A stretch of DNA of 63,826 bases, the filler included, from Octopus bimaculoides (Eukaryota), in NCBI RefSeq assembly GCF_001194135.2. It is 6 parts of 4 records of this genome, joined end to end, with 100 filler letters (N's around TTAATTAATTAA, not from the genome) between each part and the next. Parts side by side here need not be neighbours in the genome. Positions count along the whole stretch, not along the records: positions 29,778 to 49,481 come from NC_068985.1; positions 49,582 to 58,050 come from NC_068985.1; 4 more parts are not named here. One strand, written 5' to 3'. Shown here piece by piece: positions 38,426 to 51,680 of this stretch. Made by a program: the position numbers and the translations under genes. The notes beneath the pieces are model-generated. The model saw only the letters and a list, made by a program, of their open reading frames with translations. It made no database searches and was not told the DNA's origin. How positions within the stretch are numbered: the stretch's first letter is position 1; each line of letters opens with the position of its first letter.

Positions 38426-39765
38426 GAGTAATATGAACTGAAGACTTTTGCTCAAGGACACAACATGCTGCCTGACCAGGGTATTAGACCCATGATCTTA
38501 CAACTATGAATCCAACAACCAAACCACTAAGACACACATCTTCACAATGACACATTAAGTAATGAAAAATAACTCTGAACTGGCAATAGATTACAGCTAA
38601 GAAAACTATGTCAGTCTTTGATTTGAAAAATCTAATGTAAGAGTTAAATAATGACAAGAGACTGAGTGAATGACTTCTTGACTGACTAAATAAAAACAAC
38701 AGGTTCACTTCTTATTTATTTTTCATATTATTTTGATGAATTCATGATCTTTAGAGATACAAGATAACCAGAAGATAATCAGCTCTAGTGACTTTCACAT
38801 ATTTCATTTTATGAAATCAGAACTATACATCAGCTCACTAAATGTGCCATTCAAATCATAAGTCAAACTGACAAATAATATCTCTAAAGCAAGAAGTAAA
38901 GATCATGGTGCACAATCAAATAGTTTATTGTTTATTCAAGTGGTTTTAAAACGGAGCACCACAAAGTATCCAGGTGTGCAGTGGATTTTTAAATATAAAA
39001 TTTAGGTTTATGGACATGTGGTTAGAATGTCACAGGAAAGAACAGCAAGACAGATTCTTCAAGCTGAGCTAAATGGCAGGAGAACTAGGGGTAGACCAAG
39101 AGCATGATAGTTGGAGAATATTTGTGCATAGTCTCAATTGGTCACATTTGGGGATTCAGCAGGAAAGTGTAATGATAATTGCTTTTGATAAGACCCTATG
39201 GAAGAGGTACCTGAGGACTCTACTCCTTTGATCCTTCTAGGAATTGTAATCAATGAATGGATGGATGGAAGGTTGAGCATCTTCAATAATTTTGTGACAC
39301 ACAAATATGTTTAGTAAAAAAAAAAAAAATCCCAAAAGACAAGCAATTATTTTCCATGTTTTAAAGTTAAAAATCTTGGTACACTTTCCATGCAAAGTGT
39401 ACCAGTCATTTTTATCTTTCCGTGCAAAGAATGCTTAGCGATCTTTTTTTACATCATACCAAGAGCACTACAAAGTCAAATAGATTGAGAACCAGTGGTT
39501 TAGTCAGTGGTAATAATGTAATCTCAATCGTCCCAAATATGATTACTTTACGCCTTTATATTTCTTACTGTTATATATACTTCTTACTTTACATATTCTT
39601 ACTGTTAGAAAGAATCCTCAGTAAAACAAGCAATATAATTACCATAATGTCAACCAATATAAAAAAAAAGAAAAGTAAAAGAAATAGATTATGCTGACAA
39701 AGTCTCACTATTGCAAAGAAGCTTTGATTCCATTCAAAGAGATTTTCCTTTGTCTTCATTTCCAG

Positions 39766-39852
39766 ATTGCATTTATGGAGAAATATTATTTATACATCCA
39801 GTGTTGACAAATCTGAAACGAATCCTGAGTGAATGTGACATACTTTGTAAAC
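39766..39852 (+). CDS. Candidate internal exon of an unidentified plus-strand gene (CIYGEILFIHPVLTNLKRILSECDILCK)
   Basis: Strong acceptor ttttcctttgtcttcatttccag, donor gtaagt, 87 nt, open as phase 1 to phase 1. No homology recognised. Confidence 0.45.
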
Positions 39853-40009
39853 GTAAGTGACCAGAATAATTATTGTCAGTGTTTTAACAGCATTATATAA
39901 TGATTAACTATTATTTTAATTGTAATGAAATGAATTACACAGATATGAGTGACACATTGTTGTCTAACGTTACCTTTTAACAGTTAATTAGCAGAGAGGG
40001 AAAGAGGAT

Positions 40010-40029
40010 AAAGAGAGAGAGAGGAGGCT

Positions 40030-40061
<32 letters not shown>

Positions 40062-40380
40062 CGAAGCCAAGAGAGAGAGAGAGGGAGGGAAGGAGATGGA
40101 GCTGAGAGAGAGTGGGAGGGAGGGAGATGGAGCAGAGAGACAGAGAGAGGGAGATGGAGCTGACAGAGAGAGAGAGAGAAAGAAGACAAAGAGACAGAAA
40201 GAAGAGAACAAAGAGACAAAAAGAGGAAGATAGAGCTGAGAGATAGAGAGAGGGAGATAAAGCTGGGATAGAGAGTGGGAGATAGAGCAAAGAGACAGAG
40301 AGAGGGAGATGGTGCAAAGATCATATATAAATATATATGATAGAAGGAGAGAGAGATAGAGAGGCAGAGAAATAGATTAA
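40010..40380. repeat. GA-rich compound microsatellite/minisatellite
   Basis: (GA)n with recurring gagatggagc and agacagagag units. Confidence 0.9.
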
Positions 40381-40456
40381 TATGCCTAACGACCTAATGT
40401 GTTTGTACAAAATTGCAGAGACTTTCCTCTGTGGCCAGCATATACCGGACACAGGC

Positions 40457-40509
<53 letters not shown>

Positions 40510-40959
40510 CACATGCATATACACACCATTTACTCTAATGATGCAAACAAATTACATATTGTGTGGCTAAATGAGTAACTGTCTTTAGCTCAACAGTGAC
40601 TGACATGGTGAATATCTAGATGCTCGTATGCCCCATGAGATAGTTTTAAATATTTCAGATTTTATTTTGGTGGTCTATTTGAGAGGTCTATTCCATCTAT
40701 CAGTTTAATTCTCATAGACAGAAAGTCATAACATTCACTACCTACTCAGTCATTGCACTCTCAGTAATTAAATGTCTATTAGATGAACTGAAATTATACT
40801 GCATAGGTTCAGGTGTCCATCTAATAATTGTCTGTGTGACTGTATGTGTGTATATTTGCACGTGTATATGTGGTTTTGCAAAACAAGTAGGCACTTTGAA
40901 TAAAAATTCTTAATTTCCTTGATTCCATATAGAGCATAGGGTGACAACAAATGATCCCT

Positions 40960-41480
40960 GTCTGTCATGACCTTTGACAGTGGACTGCAGTTGTCCCCAA
41001 ATGTAACAACTTGTACTTCAGATCTTGTAGACCATTTCCATACCGTTTTTGGTCTGCCATACTTCTGTCTCCCTTAGGGTATCCATTAGATGGTTTGCCT
41101 TGTAATGTTTGGAAGCAGGTTTTCATAGCATGTGTCCTGGCCAAATCTCTTGATTTGGGCTTTGAGTGTTGGTTCACTTTCTTCCACAAGGCTTTGTTTG
41201 TAAGTCAGTCCCACAATCTCACCTGCAGGATGTACTTGAGACATCTGTTTACAAATGTCTGAAATTTGTCGATGGAGAACTTTGCGATGTGTCATGTTTC
41301 ACATGTGTGCAACAGAACCATCTTCGTGCTCATGTTAAAGATTCTGAGTCGTGTTTATTGGGAGACAGGGTTTGAGATTTCCAGATAAGTCTGAGCCTCC
41401 TAAACACAACCTCAGCTTTCCCAATCCTTGTTTTTATGTCCCAATTTGTTCTGCCCTTCTCATTGATGATGCTTAACATA
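40960..41480 (-). mobile_element. RTE-clade LINE fragment (second family)
   Basis: SIINEKGRTNWDIKTRIGKAEVVFRRLRLIWKSQTLS resembles the RTE motif YLGSII..D.K.RIGKAR.AF..L..IW. Confidence 0.7.
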
Positions 41481-43497
41481 ATTGACTAAAAACCTTGCCG
41501 AGACTGCTCCAGTATGGCCACTGCCCAAAAACAAGTTAGTAAAAGTATGAAAGAATACATACAACTACCTTCAAAACAAAAAAGAGAAAAGACAAAAGCT
41601 AATGTTTTTTGTCTTCTTTTGCTTGCATCAATTATCATCGATGTTTCAATGTCCAACTTTTCATTTTTGTTTAAATCAAATGGAATTTATTGAGGCAAAC
41701 TTCCTACATTCTGATATTCTTTCTGTTGCTACCCCTCACCTGCTTCCAAGTGAAGTAATATTTTCTCAAAGTCAAACATGTTTTTCACAGGAGACTGGAA
41801 ACAACCTCACTTGATGCTCATTTACAACTATCACATCATGTAAAGACAAAGAGACAGAAATGCACATGTCCGTGCACACACATAGTCTTGTTTCAGTTTC
41901 CATTTTCCAAATTCACCTACCAGGCTTTGGCCAACCTGAGGCTATAGTAGAAGACACTTGCCCAAGTGATTAGGAAGAAAACTTAACTGCAAAGCATTGC
42001 CTGCACTTTTTAAGTGAATTGACAAAAAGTACAAGTCCAGTGTGGATTTACTCACAGTTAGTGTATATGGAGGGTCACACACTGCCACCCCAAATCCCAT
42101 AGACTTACAAAGAGAAAGGTAATCTGGTTTAATCCTCCTTGCAATCAAGATGTTTCCACTAATATGACTAGGAGCTTTCTGACCACTAATTAGACAGTAT
42201 TTCTCAAGAACCCATAGATATCATGAACTATGTAATTTATGTAAGGCTAGCTATTCATGTTTAGGTAAGACATGCACTCCACACTTCAACCTGTTATTTT
42301 TGAATTCTCACCAATTGCCCAATTGGGTGGATTTTGCCCTGCAAAGATTGTTGTTTATAGAGTCATCTCACATCAGCTGATGGCATCATGGGTATAATAA
42401 CCAATGACTTCAAAATGAAGATTTATGCAAAACATGCACTGCTTTGGGTCTAAGGACAAGAAAAACTACCACCCTGTCCTGCTTCATTTGGAAACACTGG
42501 GACAATGAAAATGACTTTTATGAACTTCAGATGAGTAAGGATAGGCTCTGTCAAGAGTGCTCCATGTGATATCAGAATTGCTGACTTTCCTTATGTGAAA
42601 AAATGCCTGTAACTTCAGCAGCCTGCAATGGTAACTCTTGTTGCTGAAATGTCAAACGCAACAGAATGCTGGCTGACAACAACACCCTGCTCACTCTACC
42701 ACATCTTACTCTTTGTAGCAGTATGATAAGTGGTAACACATGTTAAAATTTCTCTTAGAAAAATCATCTCTGTTCTTTCAAATTTCTCTGGACTAACAAA
42801 TATCCCTCACTTGAAAGGTAAAGGTTGATGACTGGAAGAACGTTTAGTCACAATCCTCTTGCTTCAGATATCTCTTCATCTAACCCATGCTAACATTGAA
42901 AAATGAATGTTAAAATGGAGAATGAATGAAATGTGCTACATTCATACTTTTGAAAGACACTCGTGTATTCTTTCCTCTCTTAGTGAATGTTTGGCTATGT
43001 GTCTAAGTAAGGAATCAATAAGGATTTTATTAAACTCCAAAGCTTTATATTTATTGATAAAGAGGAAATGACAATTGCCCATGTGCTAGTCATATTGTAA
43101 AAGTGTTGATTTAAGAGGAGATCTAAATAGTGTAGGTAAGTGAAGCCAATATCATTGTGCATAACTGGAAATAGCTTTGATATCCTTGAATGGTAATAAT
43201 ATTTTTGAATGATCTTGCTGGCAGTATTAGGAAATAAATTAGCACCATTTATAGCCACATTTCTCCTATGATGCTACAACTTGGAAACACATTACCATGC
43301 TTATTTGAAGTGATCCAGCAGCTCTCTTTTATGATGTCATAAAACATGCTTGCAAATTGATTCAAAATTAGGAGCTTCAAAGCCCTTATAAAAAGATTTC
43401 AGAAAACTTTCTGGCATATTTTTTTAAAACACAAATATTTATGTGAATTTCCTGATATAATAGCTGGAGAATACATTCAAATTTTGAAATTTTCAAG

Positions 43498-43537
<40 letters not shown>

Positions 43538-43910
43538 AAGATTTACAAATCATTTACTGATGATTAAAGAACATCCAAGTCTTTAATCATTCTAAAAGAA
43601 GACTAAATATGACAAAGCTTAAAACTAGAATGAGGAGATAGCTATTAAACTATGAGCTGATATTAGGCACTGCCAAAGCTGTTGCATTTAGGATTAAATA
43701 GTGGTTTTGAAGGTTAATGTATGACTAAGAGTATATATTATAAAGTTACACCTGAGCTTAAAAATGTGTGGAGCATCCAGCATGTAAGCTAATGAAAATG
43801 AATAAAGGGATCAATATACATTACGACAGTTTTATTAATAAAAAATGGAAGGTATATGAAGTATTAGTAAAGTTTATGTGCAAAATATCTAGGTAAAACT
43901 CATCCACATG

Positions 43911-43956
<46 letters not shown>

Positions 43957-44041
43957 TAAATGTATACTTTTATAAAACAAAATTTTACAAAATATATAGT
44001 ATCTGTTAACAGTCTTAGCAAAAAGCTCACAGGTGAGTTTT

Positions 44042-44077
<36 letters not shown>

Positions 44078-44729
44078 TCTTAAAAGATAGAGCTCAAAAT
44101 CAATGCATTGAAGATACTTTATTGCAGCAACAATTATAATAACAGAAACAACCACAATAAGCTAAACCTATGCACATTTCAATAGGGTATCCCGGATAAA
44201 TAAACCACCTCATAAGATGTCTCGTAAAATATTGTAACATATTACAACATATTACAAATTGCTGGATACTCCATCTCTTCAGGGTCGCATTATTGCCATC
44301 ACCCATACTACTATTATTAGCAAAACACACACATCATCCAAGAGGATGATGATATATATATATTAAATATATATTTTTTTAAACCAAAAAATTTGGTAAA
44401 AAATATAGTATCTGTTAACAATCTTAGCAGAAAACTCGCAGTTTTAAACTGTGATTTGTTGTTTAAAAATTTCTACTGGTTTGATGTTGGAGATATCTAC
44501 TTATTTGTTATTATTATTGTTATTGTTGCAATAAAGTATTTTCAACGGATTAATTTTGAGCCCTATTTAAAGTTGATATATATATATATATATCATCATC
44601 ATCATCGTTTAACGTCCGCTTTCCATGCTAGCATGGGTTGGACGATTTGACTGAGGACTGGTGAAACCGGATGGCAACACCAGGCTCCAGTCTGATTTGG
44701 CAGAGTTTCTACAGCTGGATGCCCTTCCT

Positions 44730-44771
<42 letters not shown>

Positions 44772-47198
44772 TATACTCATGCACAGTCTTGATAGGAAAG
44801 AGTTTATGGCGTAATATTGATGATAAAAATTGTCCAAATATATGCATACAGTTCATTAGAAGACTGATGCTTAAGAGAAAGCATGCACCTTTTCAGCCCC
44901 CAAACCTTTCAATAACAATCATGTCACTAGAATCTGTGGGTAAGTTTGAAAGAAAAAAAAAAGGTTTGGCTCAATGTGGCTTTACAAACTGAAGGAAAGC
45001 AGATCACATTTCTTAGCATATGAAAAAAGTGCTTCTTCCAAGGGTCGAAATAAAAGATTCTCTCATCCTGATTTTACTAATCAGAATCCCTGTCAGTTGG
45101 GTTGACTCTGCCAGTGATATATATTTCACAGAATATTTTAAAATTAAAAATGACAAAAATTGTTTTTATAAAATTGAGCTGGGAGTCAGACATGATATTG
45201 AACAGGCAGGATACAGCCTTTGGACTGTATGTTTGACATTCCTGTTCTAGAGGATTGCTTCACTTACTGGAAATAGAAGCCAAATCTCCTTCAAATCATA
45301 ACTTATCATCTTAAAAAGGGAAGGAGATATATCCAGCGTAAGGTGGTCCTTGTCATATTACTTGAGAAACAAAGAAAGAGTGATTATGGCTTAAATTCTT
45401 TTGGTTATGGCCCTGTTCAATAAAGCTAACCCAAGGCTAAACAATATCTACAGTGTAATGGGTATTGACTTAGCTGAATGGTTAACCTATTCACTTTGGA
45501 ATCATGATGTTCTAGGTCCATTTCCACTGCCTGATACAATGGGTAACCATCTTCTACTAAAACATCAGCAGTTCACCAAAGCTGAATTGTACAATTGTTT
45601 TTTACAGTTTCCTGTAGGACAGTAAGAAGTTAAACTCAAATATGATAAAGTTTAAACTGTGATTTGTTGATTAAAAATTTCTACTGGTTTGATGTTGGAG
45701 ATACCTACTATATATTAGGGATTTAATAATTAAAATTTAAACATTCTGCTAAAGACAAAAGGTGGTATCAAGGTGGGATTGAATATACTTGTTAAATTTC
45801 ATTCTACTTAAGCAAGACTTAGTGATAAGTTAACCCATTACCTACCAGTGATCTCGTATGAGATCACTTAAAAATTACAAATTTCGTAATTATCTGTCAA
45901 TATTTACACATATCTAACCATTTTGCTATATCTACTAGGTATATTTCTCTGCTATTCAAATGAGGTTTGCTAATTTTTCACCCAATATCTCGCTTATTTC
46001 TATTTAAAATGTTATTTTGAAATGCCATTTTGAAATGTTATTTTGATCATTCCAGCATGCTTCTAAGGCTGTTTTTTGCTAGAAATCAAAGTTTCATAAA
46101 AAAAATTCCAGTTAATAAAATTATAGGAGGTAATGGGTTAATCACACTCAATTGATGGTTAAACAAAGCACAATTGGTGGTACCATGTAATCAAAATTGA
46201 TGAAGCTTATATAATTGAAATACATATATTTTTTTCTACTCTTGTCATAGCAAGCTAATATACTTCATTGTTTCATGTCATAGCAAGCTAATACTAGTAT
46301 GGATAGGAAAAAATACTAAATAAAATAGATTGTCAGTATATATGATATGGGACAAAATTTAGTTTCAGAAAATGTATCAAAATGAAATATCTAATTTATA
46401 TCATTCACTATTATAAAGTTATTATAAAATAAAGAATAAAGCTTATTATAAAATAATAATAAAAGATTTAATTTATATTAATTGTTACTAAAAAAAAAAA
46501 AGTGTATATTTATTTCATTTAGGCAAGAAACAACATCAAATTGTAAATAAAATCAAATAATTAAGTTTTGACAAATCAGTTCTCAGACAAATTATATTAG
46601 CACTGTTTATAATTATATATTCTAAAAATATATATAATATCACAGAAAGTGATAGCAGCCAACATACTGTTTAATCATCTTCAAAGCTAATAACCACACT
46701 CCCCCACAAAAAAAAACAAAAAACAGATTACATTTCATAGGATGGGTAGCTAATTTGATTATCATTGATTTTTTTTTTTCTTTGACAATTAAGTTTGCCA
46801 CAATATCGATTATCACAAAAAGTTTCTTGGAACAAAACCAGTATAAAACGTGCTATGGATTTTTAGAAATATGATTTTAGGTTTTAGAAAACCTGTTCTA
46901 ACCCTTGAGAGTCTTGGAAAACCATGCTCTTTTATTCTTTTCCTTGTTTCAGTCATTTGACTGCAGCCATGCTGGAGCATCAGCTTGAGGCTTAGCCAAA
47001 CAAATCAACCCCAGGACATATTTTTTAGAGATTAGTATTTATTCTAGCAGTTTCTTTTGCCAAACTGCTATGTTACAGGGACATAAACACACCAACACTG
47101 GTTGTCAAGCAGTGATGGGGGGGGGGGACAAGCAGAGGCACTAAGACACGCACAAACACACACACACACATACAAACTTCTTTGTTTCCATCTATCAA

Positions 47199-48025
47199 AC
47201 CAACAAATTAAAAGACCAGGAAGCATCATGGAGGTTGCTCAACAAAGGTGACCTAAAAAAGAATACTGAAAGCCCAATCATCACAGCGCAGGACCAGGCA
47301 TTGAATACCGACTCAGTGAAAAAGAACATATGTCACACAAGTGCAACGGACCTCTGCAGAATGTGTGGGAAGAGGGTCGAAAGTGTGACACACATTGTTA
47401 GTGCTTGTGAAAGTCTTGCAGAGAAAGAATACAAGTGTAGACATGACAAAGTAGCCCGAAACCTCTCACTGGTTACTATACCATAAGTATGGATATAAGG
47501 TTACGGGTGCTTGGTACCAACATACAATGGAAAAAGTAATGGATGAAAAGGGGAAGGCAAAAATCGTCTGGGACTTTGACTTCCAGACAGACAAAGTGTT
47601 AGAGCACTGAAGGTCGGATGTAGTAACCTTTAGGAAGGACAAACAAGAGTGCCAAATAATCAACGTTGCAGTAGCAGAAGATCAACACATCATCATGAAA
47701 GAAAGAGAAAAAAATTGATAAATATGGAGACCCGAGCTTGCTAAAATGTGGCAGCTATGAGAGTCAAACATAAAAGTTATCCCTATTGTCATTCGGAGCA
47801 TTGGTTCAATACCACACAATCTGAAAAAAAAGCATCTGTAAACATCAAAAATACCCCACAATCTAGATGTATTGCAAAAGTCAGCATTACTTGGAACTGC
47901 ACGCATATTGCGTAAACTACTGTCTGTCTGAGGTCCTTGTTACGACTTGACAAACAGTACAAACCCCTGGTAGACACTATATCTTCAATCAACAACCTCA
48001 CGATATTGTATACTGTGCAACGTCT

Positions 48026-48026
<1 letters not shown>
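47199..48026 (+). mobile_element. RLE-type (R4/Dong-like) retrotransposon 3' portion ending in (TAA)n
   Basis: KGDLKKNTESPIITAQDQAL, CRMCGKRVESVTHIVSAC, WDFDFQTDKVLEH, PIVIGALG, LQKSALLGTARILRKLL. (TAA)n at 48025-48082. Confidence 0.9.
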
Positions 48027-48056
<30 letters not shown>

Positions 48057-48496
48057 TAATAATAATGATGATAATAATAAACTACAAGTACGCACAAAAT
48101 ATGAATTTAAAACAAAGCCAAAAAGATACTGAGTTGAATAAGATATAATTTTTTATGTTGTAGAAACAAATATTAGTGCAGATATTGCTCTTTGCTAAGA
48201 AGCTAGCTTCCCAACTACATGGTTCTAGATTCAGGCTCACTTTGTGGCACCTTGGGCAAGTGTCTCCTCCTATAGCCTTGAGCTGAGTGGATTTGGTAGA
48301 TGGAAACTGAAAGAAGCTCATTGTATATGTATGTGTGTGTCTCTTTGTGCCTGTGTTAGTCCACCAACACTGCTTGATAACCAGTGCTGGTGTGTTTATG
48401 TCCCTGTGACCTAGCAGTTTGGTAAAAGAGACTAACAGAATAAGTATCAAGCTTAAAAAAACAATTACATACTTGAGTCGATTCTTTTGACCAAAA

Positions 48497-49230
48497 GAGA
48501 GATGACTGCATTGGTATGGCCATGTGGCGAGAATGGATGATGATAGCAGTGTGAAAAAGTGCCAAATCCTAGCGGTTGAGGGAACCTGTGGAAGAGGTAG
48601 ACCCAGGAAGACCTGGGATGAAGTGGAGAAGCACGACCTTCAAACATTAGGCCTCACAGAGGCAATGACTAGTGACCGAGACCTTTGGAAATATGCTGTA
48701 CGTGAGAAGACCCGGCAAGACAAGTGAGACCATAACCTATGGCCTTTGCCAGGGTGTAACCAGCCTACTTATGCATACCTTTCCATAACTGGACACTAAA
48801 CTCTGCTTGCGAAGACCTGTTGAGGCAAGTGAAATCAAAATTAAACCAAATTAGATGATTGGCACCCATGCCAGTGGCACATAAGAAGCACCATTTGAGC
48901 ATGATCATTACCAGTGTTGACTTACTGGCACTTGTGCCAGTGACACGTGAAAAAACATTTGAGCGAGGTTGTTGCCAGTGCCGCTACACTGGCTCCTGTG
49001 CAGCTGCACTGGCTCCTGTGTAGGTGGCATATAAAAAACACCATTTGAGCATGGCTGTTGCCAGTGCCGCCTGACTGGCCTTCGTGCCGGTGGCACATAA
49101 AAGCACCCACTACACTCTCAGAGTGGTNNNNNNNNNNGCACATAAAAGCACCCACTACACTCTCAGAGTGGTTGGCGTTAGAAAGGGCATCCAGCTGTAG
49201 AAACTCTGCCAGATCAGATTGGAGCCTGGT
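48497..49230 (+). mobile_element. RTE-LINE 3' ORF end plus long 3' UTR
   Basis: LHWYGHVARMDDDSSVKKC..GRGRPRKTWDEV..DRDLWKYAVREKTRQDK*, followed by the UTR. Confidence 0.9.
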
Positions 49231-49265
49231 GATTATATATATGCATATATTGATTATATATATAC

Positions 49266-49296
<31 letters not shown>

Positions 49297-49298
49297 CT

Positions 49299-49468
49299 TT
49301 ATTTAAAGGCAGCAGAAATATAACAAAAAAACTGTTACTTGGAGTTCCACGTTCCCGTTCATCGGACAGTTTTGTTAAACAGTTTGTTTCTAACAAAACT
49401 GTCCGATGAACGGGAACGTGAAACTCAGAGTAACAGTTTTTTGTTATATTTCTGCTGCTTTTAAATAA
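49299..49468. repeat. Near-perfect about 170-bp palindrome (about 78-bp arms, 13-nt loop) in (TA)n
   Basis: ttatttaaaggcagcagaaatataac...gacagttttgtta / taacaaaactgtc...gttatatttctgctgcttttaaataa. Confidence 0.95.
49395..49440 (+). ncRNA. Minimal type I hammerhead ribozyme motif (U4C variant)
   Basis: AAAACTGT-CCGATGA-ACG ggaa CGT-GAAA-CTCAGAG-TA-ACAGTTTT. Predicted cleavage after A49432. An inverted, more decayed copy lies at 49331-49374 on the minus strand. Confidence 0.72.
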
Positions 49469-50112
49469 CGTATATATATATNNNNNNNNNNNNNNNNNNN
49501 NNNNNNNNNNNNNNNNNNNNNNNNNTTAATTAATTAANNNNNNNNNNNNNNNNNNNNNNNNNNNNNNNNNNNNNNNNNNNNATATATATATATACGATGA
49601 GCTCCCACGCAGCTTCTGTCTACCTAATTCGCTCACAAAAGATTAGTCAGCCTGGGGGTATAGTCGAAACACTTGTCCAAGTTGCCGCGCAGTGGAACTG
49701 AACCGGATACATTGTGTTTGCAAAAACGTGCTTCTTAACTGCTTCTCGATTTATGACTTTCACTATGTTATTGCAGCTGGATAAAATTACGTCCAGATAT
49801 CAGTGTTTGGATTTCGTGTACAGGGTGGAATTCTTTGGAACCCACAATATCCCCGTTGATGCAACACTGTGCAACCATTCATGATTATATCTGTTAAAAC
49901 ATGTAGTATATGCGTGAACGTGCTTATGTGCTTCTGTATTCGTATTTCAATGCATCTGCTAATCTATTTATCAACATATATCTTGTTTCTCTTTCACTTT
50001 GCCGGTTTCTCCCTACTTCCAACTCTCTCCTTCTCCCTTCCCCCTCTCTCTTGCTTTCCCTCTCTCGGTTTTTATTATTATTATTATTAAAAAAAGAAAT
50101 TTTATTAAGCAA

Positions 50113-50500
50113 GGCGGCGAGCGGACAGAATCGTTAGCATACCGGTCAAAATGCTTAGCAGCATTTAGTCTGTTTTTTATATTCTGAGTTCAAATTCCAC
50201 CGAGGTTTACTTTACCATTCGTCCTTTTGGGGTCGATAAAATGTGTACCAGGGGAGATGTAATTGACTAGTCCCCTCCTCCAAAATTTCAGGCCTTGTGC
50301 CAATAGTAGAAAGGATTCTTATTAAAGGCATTTCGTCTATCTAACGGTCTAAGATCAAATCAAATTCTTTTGAGATCAACTTTGCCTTTCATCATTTCGG
50401 GGTCGATCAAATAAGTACCAGTTAAATACTGGAGTCGATGTAAACGACTGGTCCCTTTCCCACAAATTTCATGTTTTGTACCTATAGTAGAAACGATTAG
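50113..50500 (+). mobile_element. SINE family A, one full and one partial copy
   Basis: aggcggcgagcggacagaatcgttagc...gagttcaaattccaccgagg...ggggtcgat. Confidence 0.85.
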
Positions 50501-51071
50501 TTTTATTATGATTATTAGCTTTCCTTTGGCTGGTTGCTGTGAGAAAGAAGTTGTTTGGTGGACAAGACTGAAAGACATGAGGACAGAGCGTGCTTCTCCG
50601 GATTTATGTTTTTCTAAGAAAAAAAAACGATATATATGCATATATGCTATTGTAGGTCAGTTTGCAAAATGTTGTGGCGTACATAGAAAAACTTCCAAAT
50701 CAGTTCCCTAAACACTCGTATCAGGAACAACTTACACAGCTACAACTATATGTTTAAAGCGCCACAATTATATACCTGCTTATCTAAATTGTTTAATTGG
50801 ATATTTTTACAAAAGTACATCGACGCATATTTTCCTAGTATCTCTGATTAACCATCTACAACCAGAGTATCACACTCTACTAATTCGCTAATCTACAAAT
50901 TAGAGATGGCAGATATACAGAAAACTCTAGCAAAATTTTGGACTCTTGCATTCAGAGAGACCATAAAAAAAAAAGAAAAAACCATTCGGCTATAAAAGTA
51001 GTTCACCATGACTTTAGTGCGAAAACAAACTATAGAATCCATACACGCGCGTGTGCACACACACACACACG

Positions 51072-51129
<58 letters not shown>

Positions 51130-51134
51130 TATTT

Positions 51135-51460
51135 AGCAAAAGCAACACAGTAACTCAAGGGCCGAGAGTCTCGTGCGTTGGCACTTATGAAAGTAGTAAC
51201 GGGTCGGAAAGCTGGTGCGGATTACATTTTTCTCTGGATTGTTCTAGATCGAATTTTGAAACCATTGCAATGTCACGAGGATAATTGATTTTTGTTTTTT
51301 TTTTGCAAATAGTTTGTCTGTTATATTGTTCAATAAGTATTAGATAAATAAAGAATGAAAGAAAGAAACCTTGTCTGTATCTTTACACACATATGTAACT
51401 AGTTTGATAAGTGCCAACGCACGAAAATCTTGACCTTTGAGTCACTCTGTTGCTTCTGCT
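51135..51460. repeat. About 54-bp imperfect inverted repeats (51135-51188 and 51407-51460) with about 220-bp spacer
   Basis: agcaaaagcaacacagtaactcaaggg...gtgcgttggcacttat versus ataagtgccaacgcacg...gagtcactctgttgcttctgct. Confidence 0.8.
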
Positions 51461-51479
51461 GAACATACTTTTCTATTCT

Positions 51480-51680
51480 ATGCATAAGGCCCGAAATTTT
51501 GGGGGAGGAGACCAGTCGATTAGATCGATCCCAGTATGCAACTGGTACTTAATTTATCGACCCCGAAATGATGAAAGGCAAAGTCGACCTCGGCTGAATT
51601 TGAACTAAGAACGTAAAGACAGACGAAATACCGCTAATCTTTTCGCTTGGCATGCTAACGTTTCAGCCAGCTCGCTGCCT
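51480..51680 (-). mobile_element. SINE family A
   Basis: Reverse complement of the copy at 50113. Confidence 0.88.

Noticed and set aside
42360-43380. Protein-like but stop-interrupted frames on both strands
   Set aside because: No recognisable motif or consistent splice structure. They may be ancient transposon debris, but I cannot support a call.
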